Source: Chamaesiphon sp. (GTDB taxonomy: Bacteria > Cyanobacteriota > Cyanobacteriia > Cyanobacteriales > Chamaesiphonaceae). From it: DNA of 64,000 nt. Location of the stretch: the NCBI GenBank assembly GCA_965246715.1, contig CBDFFH010000038.1, forward strand, positions 1 through 64,000, in the 5' to 3' direction. Below, in pieces: positions 18,135 through 27,518 of the stretch (position 1 is the stretch's first letter; each line of letters starts with the position of its first letter). The notes below the pieces were generated by a model, which worked only from the letters and a program-made list of their open reading frames with translations, had not been told where the DNA came from and ran no database searches. Made by a program: the position numbers and the translations under genes.

Positions 18135-18968
18135 GTGAATGTGTCAATGTACCCAAAATTTGACGAGCTAAATACTAACAAAACGCACTCGTCGTCGATT
18201 CGCATTTTATTGGCTGAAGCAGATGTTGCTAAGGCCAAACAAGTAACATTGTTTGTCAACCAAAACTTACAGACTTCGATTCGGGTTTGCAAAAATTATC
18301 ACGATCTGGTGCCGATGCTTCAAGAGGATCTCCCCGAAATACTCTTGCTGGGAATTTTGGATCGATTTAATTCCCTCGATACCTGTCATGAATGTCATCA
18401 AATCTGGTCGCAATTGCCGATCGTTCTACTTTCTAGACAAAGCTCGATCGATGATTATTTTCAGAATTTTCGGCGATTGGCACTAACTAAAGGTGCAAAA
18501 GCGGTGGTGACTCACGATCTGCGGCAATTAGACGAGCTGATTCGGGCAGTAGCAGCGCAACCGAAAAATTCGATCGTGCCGATGGTGGAGCCGCTGCCGA
18601 GTGCAATCATCGCTAATGTCGCCGGACACAATATCCTCGCGGCAATCACGGAGATTAATGAAGTCGGGAGCAAGTATTTTGGGCCGCTAGCACAAGGTCA
18701 CTACTGGCGTAAATCCCACGCTCGGCTCGTCGCTGAATTTCCATTACTCCAAAACTGGTCGGCAGATCACTTTGGCATTATTAGCTGCGATGACTCGATC
18801 CGGCAATCTCAATGCGCGATCGAAGATATCCGAGGTCTGCGGCGATGGGTGGGTGCCTACATTAACGAATGCGAACGCATTATTGTCGATTTTGGTGAAA
18901 TTTTGAAGAATTCTCAACTTTCACGATCGACACTCGAACTTTTACTAGAGTTAGTCATCTCTGACTGA
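18135..18968 (+). CDS. Atypical response-regulator-like protein (pseudo-receiver plus unknown C-terminal domain)
   Basis: IRILLAEAD...PEILLLG (Gly at the phospho-Asp position)...LPIVLLS...GAKAVV. Confidence 0.7.
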   Translation: MNVSMYPKFDELNTNKTHSSSIRILLAEADVAKAKQVTLFVNQNLQTSIRVCKNYHDLVPMLQEDLPEILLLGILDRFNSLDTCHECHQIWSQLPIVLLSRQSSIDDYFQNFRRLALTKGAKAVVTHDLRQLDELIRAVAAQPKNSIVPMVEPLPSAIIANVAGHNILAAITEINEVGSKYFGPLAQGHYWRKSHARLVAEFPLLQNWSADHFGIISCDDSIRQSQCAIEDIRGLRRWVGAYINECERIIVDFGEILKNSQLSRSTLELLLELVISD

Positions 18969-19119
18969 AATATTGGGAATGATAGAAATGGGAAGAGTAG
19001 CAGCGCAGCGAGCGCTGGCGATCGGATCGATTCACAACTCGAACTGAAGCGTACTTAAAATTTTCATGGTGTAGCATCTCCATTATTAGCCGTACCCCAA
19101 TCCCGAATCCCCAACTCCA

Positions 19120-19593
19120 ATGACTTCAGTTACCCTCAGCATCGATAGTCGGCAGGTGGAAGCCGAACAGAATACGAATATTCTGTCCATATTTAGAGAG
19201 CATGGCATCAATGTCAATCAAATTTGTGGCGGACAGGGCATGTGTGCTTCGTGCCACTTTTTTGTAGTATCTGGCAGCGATGCGCTCACACCGACAACGC
19301 ATCAGGAACAGATGACGCTCCAGTACACCAACCTCGGTCGCCCAAATGCCCGACTAGCCTGCCAAACCCGTGTCATGGGAAATGGGGTCGTCATCGAGTT
19401 GCCCAAGGGCACCTTTGTTGAATCGGAGCGTGACTTGGAAGTATCGATCGGCAAGAAAGCCACCCAAACCTTAATCCATCCTTTAACAGGTGAGGTCTTA
19501 GTCGAAGAAGGTAAGCTGATTCTTCGCTCGGCGATCGAGAAAATGCAAGCGGCGAGTGATAAATTTGCCAAAGCATTATCAGCTAACAAATAA
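19120..19593 (+). CDS. 2Fe-2S ferredoxin-like protein with C-terminal extension
   Basis: CGGQGMCASC ... RLACQ. Confidence 0.92.
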   Translation: MTSVTLSIDSRQVEAEQNTNILSIFREHGINVNQICGGQGMCASCHFFVVSGSDALTPTTHQEQMTLQYTNLGRPNARLACQTRVMGNGVVIELPKGTFVESERDLEVSIGKKATQTLIHPLTGEVLVEEGKLILRSAIEKMQAASDKFAKALSANK

Positions 19594-19613
19594 AAAAAAG
19601 GAGATAGTTACCG

Positions 19614-20330
19614 ATGACCACAAAAATCCAAAGACAAATTTTTAAAGAGCCGCCGATCGCCATTCCTTCAACCAGAGATGTCGCGCACTATTCGCGTTCC
19701 CAATTTTTCAAATTTGATGTCCAACAAGGCAAAATTCAGGACTATCACCGCCAACGCAATTTATTAGTAGGCGAAGATTTCATCGTCTCGCTCTTAAAAG
19801 GACTAGAACATGAAGTCGGTGAAGCTGCTGGCTGGCTGCTGTACCAGATTGGGTACGATTGGGGCAAGCAAGATGCGGTACTGTTTGAATCTTGGTTTAA
19901 GGAATTTTATAACTTAACGCTCGCAACATCCAATTTGGCGTTTGCCATGGAGACTTGGTGGTGGCCTTATACCGTTCAAGGTTGGGGTACGTGGTCGCCC
20001 AATATGACTTCTCAGGCAAGTGGCTTTATCTTTGTCGATCTATTTGATTCGGCTGTAGCCAAATCGCTGGGTTATATGGGTAAGCCTGTTTGTCATCTTT
20101 ATGCGGGATTACTCGCGGGATTTTATAGCAAGGCGTTCGAGCAGCAACTGTGTAGCACGGAAGTTCAATGCTACTCGATGGGCAATGATTTTTGTCGATT
20201 TTTAATCGGTTCGGAAGAACGGATTAATGCCACAGAATTTTGGATTTCTAGTGGTGCGAGTGCTACTGAAATCGCTCAACGATTTGAGAACAAAGAAATC
20301 GCTCCCGAACCAGAATTACTAACAAGATAG
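19614..20330 (+). CDS. V4R (4-vinyl reductase) domain protein
   Basis: GYDWG, GWG, KPVCHLYAGLLAGF, EVQCYSMGNDFCRF. Confidence 0.9.
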   Translation: MTTKIQRQIFKEPPIAIPSTRDVAHYSRSQFFKFDVQQGKIQDYHRQRNLLVGEDFIVSLLKGLEHEVGEAAGWLLYQIGYDWGKQDAVLFESWFKEFYNLTLATSNLAFAMETWWWPYTVQGWGTWSPNMTSQASGFIFVDLFDSAVAKSLGYMGKPVCHLYAGLLAGFYSKAFEQQLCSTEVQCYSMGNDFCRFLIGSEERINATEFWISSGASATEIAQRFENKEIAPEPELLTR

Positions 20331-20334
20331 GTGG

Positions 20335-20697
20335 ATGATGAACAGACAACAACAACGCAAGTTAAAAAAGCATCCCGCGATCCGAGCGATCCGAGCGATA
20401 TTTCGACTCCTGCGGGTCATCTTTAGACCAGCAAGACCAGTGGCTAGACCGATGGCGATCGATCCTGTGGCCATCGAGCGGGCCGAGCGCGAGCGTGCTG
20501 AATTAGAGCGGGCCGAACGTGCCGATCTCGAGCATAGACGCATCGTTACAGAACACCAACAAGTATTAGCAGAAAAATACATCACGGTTGGTGCATTACT
20601 CGATCGAGTGGAATGGAAGTTCACTGCGACACCAGAACTGGAATTGCCCTCAGCAACTAATCTCGATCGTTCGCTACATGATGTTTCGCTAAATTAG
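20335..20697 (+). CDS. Hypothetical protein (basic N-terminus, ERAE coiled coil)
   Basis: 120-aa ORF closely coupled to the V4R gene. Confidence 0.65.
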   Translation: MMNRQQQRKLKKHPAIRAIRAIFRLLRVIFRPARPVARPMAIDPVAIERAERERAELERAERADLEHRRIVTEHQQVLAEKYITVGALLDRVEWKFTATPELELPSATNLDRSLHDVSLN

Positions 20698-20785
20698 TCG
20701 GACTGTTTACAAAAAAATAGGCTGGTAGTAATATTTAAAATTGTTATTTTCTAGCTAATAATTTATTAATTAATGGAGTTGACAG

Positions 20786-21253
20786 ATGATTACGCTATTA
20801 GAAGAATTAATCGAACGTGCTGATGGTTCCTATGCTAATAAAGAAGATCTCAGAGCATTGGAACATATGATGGCTTCTTGGTCGGAGCGCAAGGAAGCAT
20901 ATTTGGCAACTCAGGAAAAAGAAGAATCGATCGTCACCGGGGCGATAAAACTGATCCAGACTAGCACGGGGTATGCGGACAAAGCAATGAATAACTTAGG
21001 GATCGATCGCTGTCACCGCGATATGACTTTGGCACTGAGATCTTATGCCCTGGGAATGCTATTGCAAGATGAGGAAATGCTGAAAGATCGTGTTCTCTAT
21101 TGGCAAAAGAATATCATCCAAGCGATGGGATTCAGCGAATATCAAGGCTACAAGTTTCTATTAGAGTCGATTTATGTCGAACTTCCAACTAAACAGGCAG
21201 ATTTATTAAAGCCTTATGTCAAAGTTGCGATGGATATGATTGCTGCTAATTAG
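20786..21253 (+). CDS. Phycobiliprotein (allophycocyanin)-like globin-fold protein
   Basis: ADGSYA...DL N-terminus; RCHRDM matches the bilin-site C-x-R-D motif; LKDRVLYW; GGAG RBS. Confidence 0.8.
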   Translation: MITLLEELIERADGSYANKEDLRALEHMMASWSERKEAYLATQEKEESIVTGAIKLIQTSTGYADKAMNNLGIDRCHRDMTLALRSYALGMLLQDEEMLKDRVLYWQKNIIQAMGFSEYQGYKFLLESIYVELPTKQADLLKPYVKVAMDMIAAN

Positions 21254-21364
21254 ACTGCTAATCTAAGTTGATAGTTACCTGCCGAATTAATTAGTTCGAG
21301 AGTCGTTTTACTACCCTACTGTTTGCCGACTCCCGACTCCTGACTCCCGATTTTCCAAATAATT

Positions 21365-22009
21365 ATGAACAAGTTACCGATCGCGATTCCTGGCAATTGC
21401 TTCAATCATAAAAGCTATATTAAGTCCGATCCGGCTTTAGGACTGTTGCGGACGCGTCATGGCAGTCGCCTCATGGCCGTTCCGGAAGTTCTGATGCGGA
21501 GTATCCCCAATACGCTCAGAGCGGAGGCTGGCGAAGCATCCTATCTAGCTTTGTATACCTTTGGTGAAAACTGGGGCAAAAGTTTTTGCGATCGCGTGTT
21601 GCAGGATATCTATCAATATTATCGCGAACCAATTTTAGAGACGATCGCGGCGGAGTTTTTCGTCCACGTTCAGGAAGCTTGGGCGGTACATGGATTGGGA
21701 AGACCCTCGATCGATTTTAGTCTCTCCAAACAGGGGCTATTGTTAGTGACGGTGGCCAACTCTGGTATTTCCGGGACAAATCCGATCGGCGCTGATGCCA
21801 CCTATCGTTCTTTTAGTCTCGAAGCTGGGTTTATCGCGGGGTGGTTTTCCCTGTTAACGAACAAAAGTCTCAGTGCCTGTGCGATAACTTGGCATGAGCA
21901 TCCAGCATCGATGCAATTTCTGGTAGGTGCGAGACCACATATCGAAACCATCGAACGCTCGGCACTTCAACAAGGCCAACTCGATCTTTCGATGCTGAAT
22001 AGTTTGTAG
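21365..22009 (+). CDS. Divergent V4R-like protein
   Basis: GSRLMAVPE, FGENWGKSF, WAVHGLG, EAGFIAGWFS; lacks the V4R Cys set. Confidence 0.75.
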   Translation: MNKLPIAIPGNCFNHKSYIKSDPALGLLRTRHGSRLMAVPEVLMRSIPNTLRAEAGEASYLALYTFGENWGKSFCDRVLQDIYQYYREPILETIAAEFFVHVQEAWAVHGLGRPSIDFSLSKQGLLLVTVANSGISGTNPIGADATYRSFSLEAGFIAGWFSLLTNKSLSACAITWHEHPASMQFLVGARPHIETIERSALQQGQLDLSMLNSL

Positions 22010-22060
22010 TAGTAAAGCCGATCCGCGCTGGGTTTACCCGAATGGGATAGCACTTGGCAC

Positions 22061-22108
22061 GCAGCGCTCGCAGGTATCGGAGCAATGACCGATACCTGCG
22101 AGCGCTGC
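22061..22108. terminator. Perfect 20-bp stem hairpin between convergent genes
   Basis: GCAGCGCTCGCAGGTATCGG-8 nt-CCGATACCTGCGAGCGCTGC. Confidence 0.7.
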
Positions 22109-22145
22109 TAGTTTGACTAGCAGCACTCGCTCAATCAGCAGACAA

Positions 22146-22493
22146 TCAGACAGCCTTAACTTCTTCGATCGAGATATCCTGCATCTTCCCGGCAAAGTCA
22201 TTTTCAGGGGTCAGGAACAACATACAGTGACATTCTTTGCGTTCGCGCATGGGGACGCAGGGACAGTTCCAGAAGGCGGCTTTGACTTCCGCTTCCTTAT
22301 CCTCATAGTGACGACAGGGACACAATGGGGAACCCAGTTCTTCCTTATTTTTTGCCAGCCCTTTAATCACTACAGCAGTGACAGAAAGATCGACGCAGAA
22401 ATATGTGTCGGTATTTTTAGCATAAGTTTCAGAAAAATGTCTCATCGCTTCCAGCATTTTATCGCTGGGTTCCTTTGTTTCTGCTGGATTCAT
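22146..22493 (-). CDS. ftrC: Ferredoxin-thioredoxin reductase catalytic subunit
   Basis: CPCRHY, WNCPCVPMRERKECHCMLF. Confidence 0.97.
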   Translation of the reverse strand: MNPAETKEPSDKMLEAMRHFSETYAKNTDTYFCVDLSVTAVVIKGLAKNKEELGSPLCPCRHYEDKEAEVKAAFWNCPCVPMRERKECHCMLFLTPENDFAGKMQDISIEEVKAV

Positions 22494-22832
22494 AACGGTT
22501 AAATCAGTGAGTGCGCGATCGCTTGCCCTTGCATTTTACCGAAAAACTTGCCATCTGGCGATTGGTTAGCAAGTTGGTGCGGTTGGAGATCGACGATTGC
22601 GGTACGCAAGCAATCCGAACGAATGTAAAGTTTATGGAGATAGTTTGTTACAAACTAAAATATTCACAATTAAATTATAATTGCTGATAAATGCTTTGAG
22701 TGTTACGTTCTTTCGATGAGTGATTGTTAACTAAAGTTGCCGTTACTTCCTGCTCTCCCGATCGGGAGATGAGTGGTCGGTTAAACCAGCATATGATAGC
22801 AATCTATTCTTGGGAAGATTGGAGATAATTAT

Positions 22833-23042
22833 ATGGAAATCACTATTAAACTCGACGAAGAACATGCTCGTCAGCTAGCTGTCATTCAGCAGTATACAAA
22901 TCAAGACCTCAACACGGTAATCGAACAAAGTATCAGCCTCTATCATCAGCAGTTACAGCCACATTATCAACTGCGATTGCAGCTAGATCGAAAATACGAT
23001 TTAGTTTGTAATGTATCGGCTAATACTGTTGCTCATAATTAG
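22833..23042 (+). CDS. Small hypothetical protein (possibly RHH/antitoxin-like)
   Basis: 69-aa ORF with GGAG RBS and a downstream terminator. Confidence 0.6.
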   Translation: MEITIKLDEEHARQLAVIQQYTNQDLNTVIEQSISLYHQQLQPHYQLRLQLDRKYDLVCNVSANTVAHN

Positions 23043-23072
23043 AAAATAATTATAAAAATATAATTAGATCGC

Positions 23073-23101
23073 AATCCCTTACTCATCCTGGGGGATTTTT
23101 T
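23073..23101 (+). terminator. Intrinsic terminator
   Basis: AATCCCTT...GGGGGATT stem followed by a T-run. Confidence 0.55.
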
Positions 23102-23183
23102 AGTGACGAGCAGTGGTACTGGCTCAACGGATCGTTCGTGTACAATAACAGTTGCAGATACTTATCTATTGTCGAGCGCGCTA

Positions 23184-24023
23184 ATGAACTTATCCCAACC
23201 AGATCCAGATCGCTTATCTACTTATTTGAACGTAGCAACAGCAGCAGCTTTGGCAGCAGGCGAAGTGTTGCAAGCTTGCTGGGGGAAATTAGAATCGATC
23301 GTCGAGAAAGGTCGTCCGGGCGATTTAGTTACAGAAGCCGATAAGCAAGCTGAAGCGGCAATCTTAGCAGTATTACAGCAGCATTTTCCCGACCATTCAA
23401 TTTTGGCGGAAGAATCGGGTCAACATGGAGATACCGATGCAGAGTATTTATGGGCGATCGATCCCTTAGATGGTACGACCAATTATGCACATCAATATCC
23501 CTTTTCTGCAGCTTCGATCGGGCTATTAATTAATGGTATACCGATGGTTGGGGCGATTTATGACCCGTTTCATCGAGAGTTGTTTCGGGGTGCAGTCGGA
23601 CTGGGTGCGACTTGTAACGATCGGCCGATTCATGTTTCCCAGGTTGATAAGTTAGCACAAAGTCTCTTAGTGACAGGTTTTGCTTACGATCGGCGGGAAA
23701 CCGCAGATAATAACTATCAAGAATTTTGCTATCTCACGCATATTACTCAAGGCGTGCGCCGTGCGGGAGCCGCTTCGGTAGACCTCGCTTATGTCGCCTG
23801 TGGCAGGTTGGATGGTTATTGGGAGCGGGGACTCTCACCGTGGGATTTGGCGGCTGGCGTGGCGATTGTCGAGGCTGCTGGAGGTAGAGTTACGGCTTAC
23901 GATCGGAGTGAGTTTGACATTCGATCGGGTCGGATCTTGGCAACTAACGGACGACTTCATGACGAACTGAGTCAAGAATTACTGCACGTCGCTAGGATCG
24001 AGCCGTGGTCGTGGTTAAAGTAG
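23184..24023 (+). CDS. suhB: Inositol monophosphatase family protein
   Basis: DLVTEAD, EE, WAIDPLDGTTNYAH, WDLAAG; ATG 23184 preferred. Confidence 0.92.
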   Translation: MNLSQPDPDRLSTYLNVATAAALAAGEVLQACWGKLESIVEKGRPGDLVTEADKQAEAAILAVLQQHFPDHSILAEESGQHGDTDAEYLWAIDPLDGTTNYAHQYPFSAASIGLLINGIPMVGAIYDPFHRELFRGAVGLGATCNDRPIHVSQVDKLAQSLLVTGFAYDRRETADNNYQEFCYLTHITQGVRRAGAASVDLAYVACGRLDGYWERGLSPWDLAAGVAIVEAAGGRVTAYDRSEFDIRSGRILATNGRLHDELSQELLHVARIEPWSWLK

Positions 24024-24179
24024 CCAAGAGGGAGTAGCCACTAAAATTTGTTTTAGTGAAAACGTGAATATTGGGTTCGGAATGGGAAGTATATAAAGTG
24101 AGGCAATATCTGGAGTCGATAAGCCGATCGTGACTCCTGCGTACAAAACCCCGATTCCTGTTGCTGCAACCCCAAGTAT

Positions 24180-25094
24180 ATGAGTTTTCAATTAGATCGC
24201 GGATTATTTCAATTTGAGTTCACAGATCGACACGCTATTTTGGGTGTCGGAGTGAATGCGGAAGAAGCGGATATTAGAGAACGTTATCAAGCTGTGGCAA
24301 GATTATTACATCCCGATAGCGGGAAATGGAAAACCGAGGCAGAGCAACAATTGGCAGTACAAATCTTTTCGCGGCTAGTGACTCATGCGTATGGGGCGTT
24401 GTCTCGCGCTTCTTTGCGCGAGGAGCAGACGATCATGCTAGAACTCATGGGTAAAAGACTGATCGAGGAAGGTAATAAAATTCAGATCGCCGATCCTTTA
24501 TGCCAGCAGCTTTATCAAAGCGGTGCGGATTTCGAGCGAGTATACACTCGATTAATAAGCCAACTCGTAGCGCAACAGTATGCTAGTCTCAGCGAGAGCG
24601 AAGCTGTCATCAATCAACTTAGCGAGCTGAATATGGTGTATCTGTTGCGAAAACAGTTACAGTCTGTCCGCTCTACGCCACCGACTGCCTCAACCGCTAC
24701 ATTATCTGATAAGAGCAAAGAAACTACCTCATCAGAGTTATTCAAGCCATCTCCCGTCGAAGGCGCACTCCGACGTGCTGAAGAGTATATGAGTAAGAAA
24801 AATTGGACTAAAGCAGTTCAAGAATTACGGGAGGTAATTAGTGCCGAACCAAACAATGCTCGCGCTCATGCTTCGCTGGGATTGGCTTATTTACGCCAAC
24901 AGCAGACTACGATGGCAAAACTTTCGATTAATAAAGCGCTGCAACTCGATCCTCGAAATCCGCAAGTGATGCAAGCAAAACAAGAGTTCGAGCGGACATC
25001 CAGTGGTGCCAATAAAGTGGCGGCTAATGGTAAAGCCGCAGCCGCTAAAAAGCCGAGTGAAGGCATGTTTGGGGGGTTCTTCGGTAAAAAGTAG
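24180..25094 (+). CDS. J-domain plus TPR co-chaperone (Sll1384/DnaJ3-like)
   Basis: HAILGV...ARLLHPD J-domain; C-terminal TPRs; GFFGKK tail. Confidence 0.85.
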   Translation: MSFQLDRGLFQFEFTDRHAILGVGVNAEEADIRERYQAVARLLHPDSGKWKTEAEQQLAVQIFSRLVTHAYGALSRASLREEQTIMLELMGKRLIEEGNKIQIADPLCQQLYQSGADFERVYTRLISQLVAQQYASLSESEAVINQLSELNMVYLLRKQLQSVRSTPPTASTATLSDKSKETTSSELFKPSPVEGALRRAEEYMSKKNWTKAVQELREVISAEPNNARAHASLGLAYLRQQQTTMAKLSINKALQLDPRNPQVMQAKQEFERTSSGANKVAANGKAAAAKKPSEGMFGGFFGKK

Positions 25095-25314
25095 TGGATT
25101 ATTTGCGGAACGGGATCGCCATCCGAGTGGTGCAGAAGAAATGTTAGAACGAGTCAAAACTTGTTCTAGCAAATTAGCATAGCCACCGAGTCATTCAGTA
25201 AAAACCGCTGATGAGGAGTTCCCGCTGATATCGATCGATTAACGTCGGATTTTAGTAGTGACTAGGCAATCTTCCACTAAAATTAGAAAGTTGCCTGTTG
25301 CCAATTCAAAAACC

Positions 25315-26583
25315 ATGACCGATCGCAATCCTGCCACGTTCCTTCCCGAACAGGGCGATAACCTCAATAGTCGCGCCAATTTTTATGCATCCGGAACGCG
25401 AGATTTGTTACCGTTAGATGTGGCACAAAAACGCTGGGTCGAACGCGGACTTCAGGATGTATTTCACCGGTGGGGTTATCATCGGATTATCACTTCCACG
25501 ATCGAACGCTTAGAAACACTGATCGCAGGAGGGGCTGTCGATCGCGATACGACGATCCAAATTCCCGATGCAGAAGGCGGGATGCTCGGTTTGCGGCCTG
25601 AATTGACGGCTTCGATCGCGCGCGCAGCAGTAACGCGGATGGGGGACATGTACCCCCAAAGGTTATACTACAACGCCAATATTTTTCGCCGTGCCGATAT
25701 CGAGCATCATGGGCGACAACAAGAATTTTATCAAGCTGGCATCGAACTATTGGGTGCCAGCGGCACCCTCGCCGATGCGGAAGCAATCTCGATTTTGGCA
25801 GACTGTTTGCGCGGTCTAGAAATTCCAAATTGGCAGATAATTTTGGGAGAAGCCGGATTGAGCAGCGCTTTACTAGCACAATTTCCGATCGAGTTTCAAA
25901 CCCAAATTCGCCGTTGTCTGGCGCATCTCGATCGCGTAACGCTCGAACAGCTCCCGCTGACTGCCAGCCAGCAACATTTAGCACTCTCACTCTTAGATTT
26001 ACGCGGTAATCCCGAGCGGGTATTGTCAAAGTTAGCCACACTCGACCTCGATGCCCACAGCAAGGCAACCATTGCCAATCTGCAAGCTTTAGTGCGTTTA
26101 TTAGCCGCTAGCAGCGATCGGCCACTACCATTAGTTCTAGATTTAAGCTTGATCCAAACCTTCGATTACTATACAGGGATTGTGTTCGAGGCAGTGTGCG
26201 TCACTGACGCTAGTGCCTGTGTGCTCGGACAAGGCGGCCGTTACGATCGATTGTTAGGGTTGTATCATCCACAGGGGCAAAATTGCCCAGGAGTTGGCTT
26301 CTCGCTCGATCTCGAAGCTTTGCAACAAGTACTGCAAACTCATCCGCTCATGCCGCAAACTACCCCCAAACCGGAATGGTTGGTGGTGGCTGTTACTCCA
26401 GCGGCGGCGGCAGCGGCACTGATCTATGGGCAAAAGTTACGCTCGACTCCCGAATTAGTGCGCGTTGAAATGTTTCTCCAAGATGCGGCAGCCGAACAAA
26501 TTCAACAGATCGCACGCGGACGTGGGATCGCGCGGATTGCGTGGGTGAATGAGGATGAAGTACGCGTGGAACAACTGAGATAG
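25315..26583 (+). CDS. hisZ: ATP phosphoribosyltransferase regulatory subunit
   Basis: GTRDLLP, LRPELTASIAR, QQEFYQAGIEL, YYTGIVF, GGRYD. Confidence 0.93.
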   Translation: MTDRNPATFLPEQGDNLNSRANFYASGTRDLLPLDVAQKRWVERGLQDVFHRWGYHRIITSTIERLETLIAGGAVDRDTTIQIPDAEGGMLGLRPELTASIARAAVTRMGDMYPQRLYYNANIFRRADIEHHGRQQEFYQAGIELLGASGTLADAEAISILADCLRGLEIPNWQIILGEAGLSSALLAQFPIEFQTQIRRCLAHLDRVTLEQLPLTASQQHLALSLLDLRGNPERVLSKLATLDLDAHSKATIANLQALVRLLAASSDRPLPLVLDLSLIQTFDYYTGIVFEAVCVTDASACVLGQGGRYDRLLGLYHPQGQNCPGVGFSLDLEALQQVLQTHPLMPQTTPKPEWLVVAVTPAAAAAALIYGQKLRSTPELVRVEMFLQDAAAEQIQQIARGRGIARIAWVNEDEVRVEQLR

Positions 26584-26637
26584 TCGCTCGTCATTGGCGA
26601 ATATCCCGTCGATCGATAGTTCCCAATGCTACTGCCT

Positions 26638-27171
26638 TTAGATTTCTTGCAGTTTTTCGATGGTGCTTTGATAATCCCACTCGCGCTCTTGCTGGCGAAA
26701 TAAGTTTGCAGCTGTTTGGAGATCTCGCCTAGCGCCTTGCCGATCTCCTAATTTGGCGCGGACGAGACCGCGATTGTAGTGAGCCTTCGCGTTGCTCCGA
26801 TCGAGTAAGATCGCTCGATCGTAATCCTGGACTGCACCTTCTCGATCTCCCAGCCGATAGCGGACATTCCCGCGATTGAAATAACTAATCGTACTCCGAT
26901 CGTCGAGGTGGATCGCCAGATCGTAGTCAGCGAGAGCACCTTGACGATCGCCTAACCGATCGCGGAGTAAACCGCGATTGACATAAGCTTTGGCGTGATT
27001 GGGATCGAGTTGGATCGTACAATTGTAGTCGGCTAGTGCGCCTTGTCGATCGCCTTCGAGATCGCGAGCTAGGCCGCGATTGTAATATTCATGTGCAATT
27101 TGAGGATGTTGGGATAAGTCTGGTTGCGAATCGAGCGGTATATCTACTTGATTATCTATATCGTCATGCAT
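26638..27171 (-). CDS. TPR repeat protein
   Basis: Four repeats of the AYxNRG...GDRQGALADY pattern. Confidence 0.9.
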   Translation of the reverse strand: MHDDIDNQVDIPLDSQPDLSQHPQIAHEYYNRGLARDLEGDRQGALADYNCTIQLDPNHAKAYVNRGLLRDRLGDRQGALADYDLAIHLDDRSTISYFNRGNVRYRLGDREGAVQDYDRAILLDRSNAKAHYNRGLVRAKLGDRQGARRDLQTAANLFRQQEREWDYQSTIEKLQEI

Positions 27172-27518
27172 ATCTTCATCTCTAAAAATGCGGTAAATGC
27201 GATCTGGGTTGAGATCGAAGCAGCGCTTCTGCTCACAAGATCGTAACCGATCGGCTCGGATAATTCTTCAGACAAATCTAGGATTGCAATCCGGTGGCAG
27301 ACATGCCAGATTGTTGTAGCAGGAGTGCTCATCATCGTGAAAATCTGCGGTATAAAACAAGACAACATATACGGTCAGCCATTCGCGTAAATTTTTTTGG
27401 CTGTCGATCGTCCCAGTGTTATGATGATTTTCCGACTGATGACTGCGAGCGCATAATTGTTTGTTTCGCGGCTACGATATTTCTAGTTCAATCCAATAAT
27501 TTAGCTTGAGGACGATCG

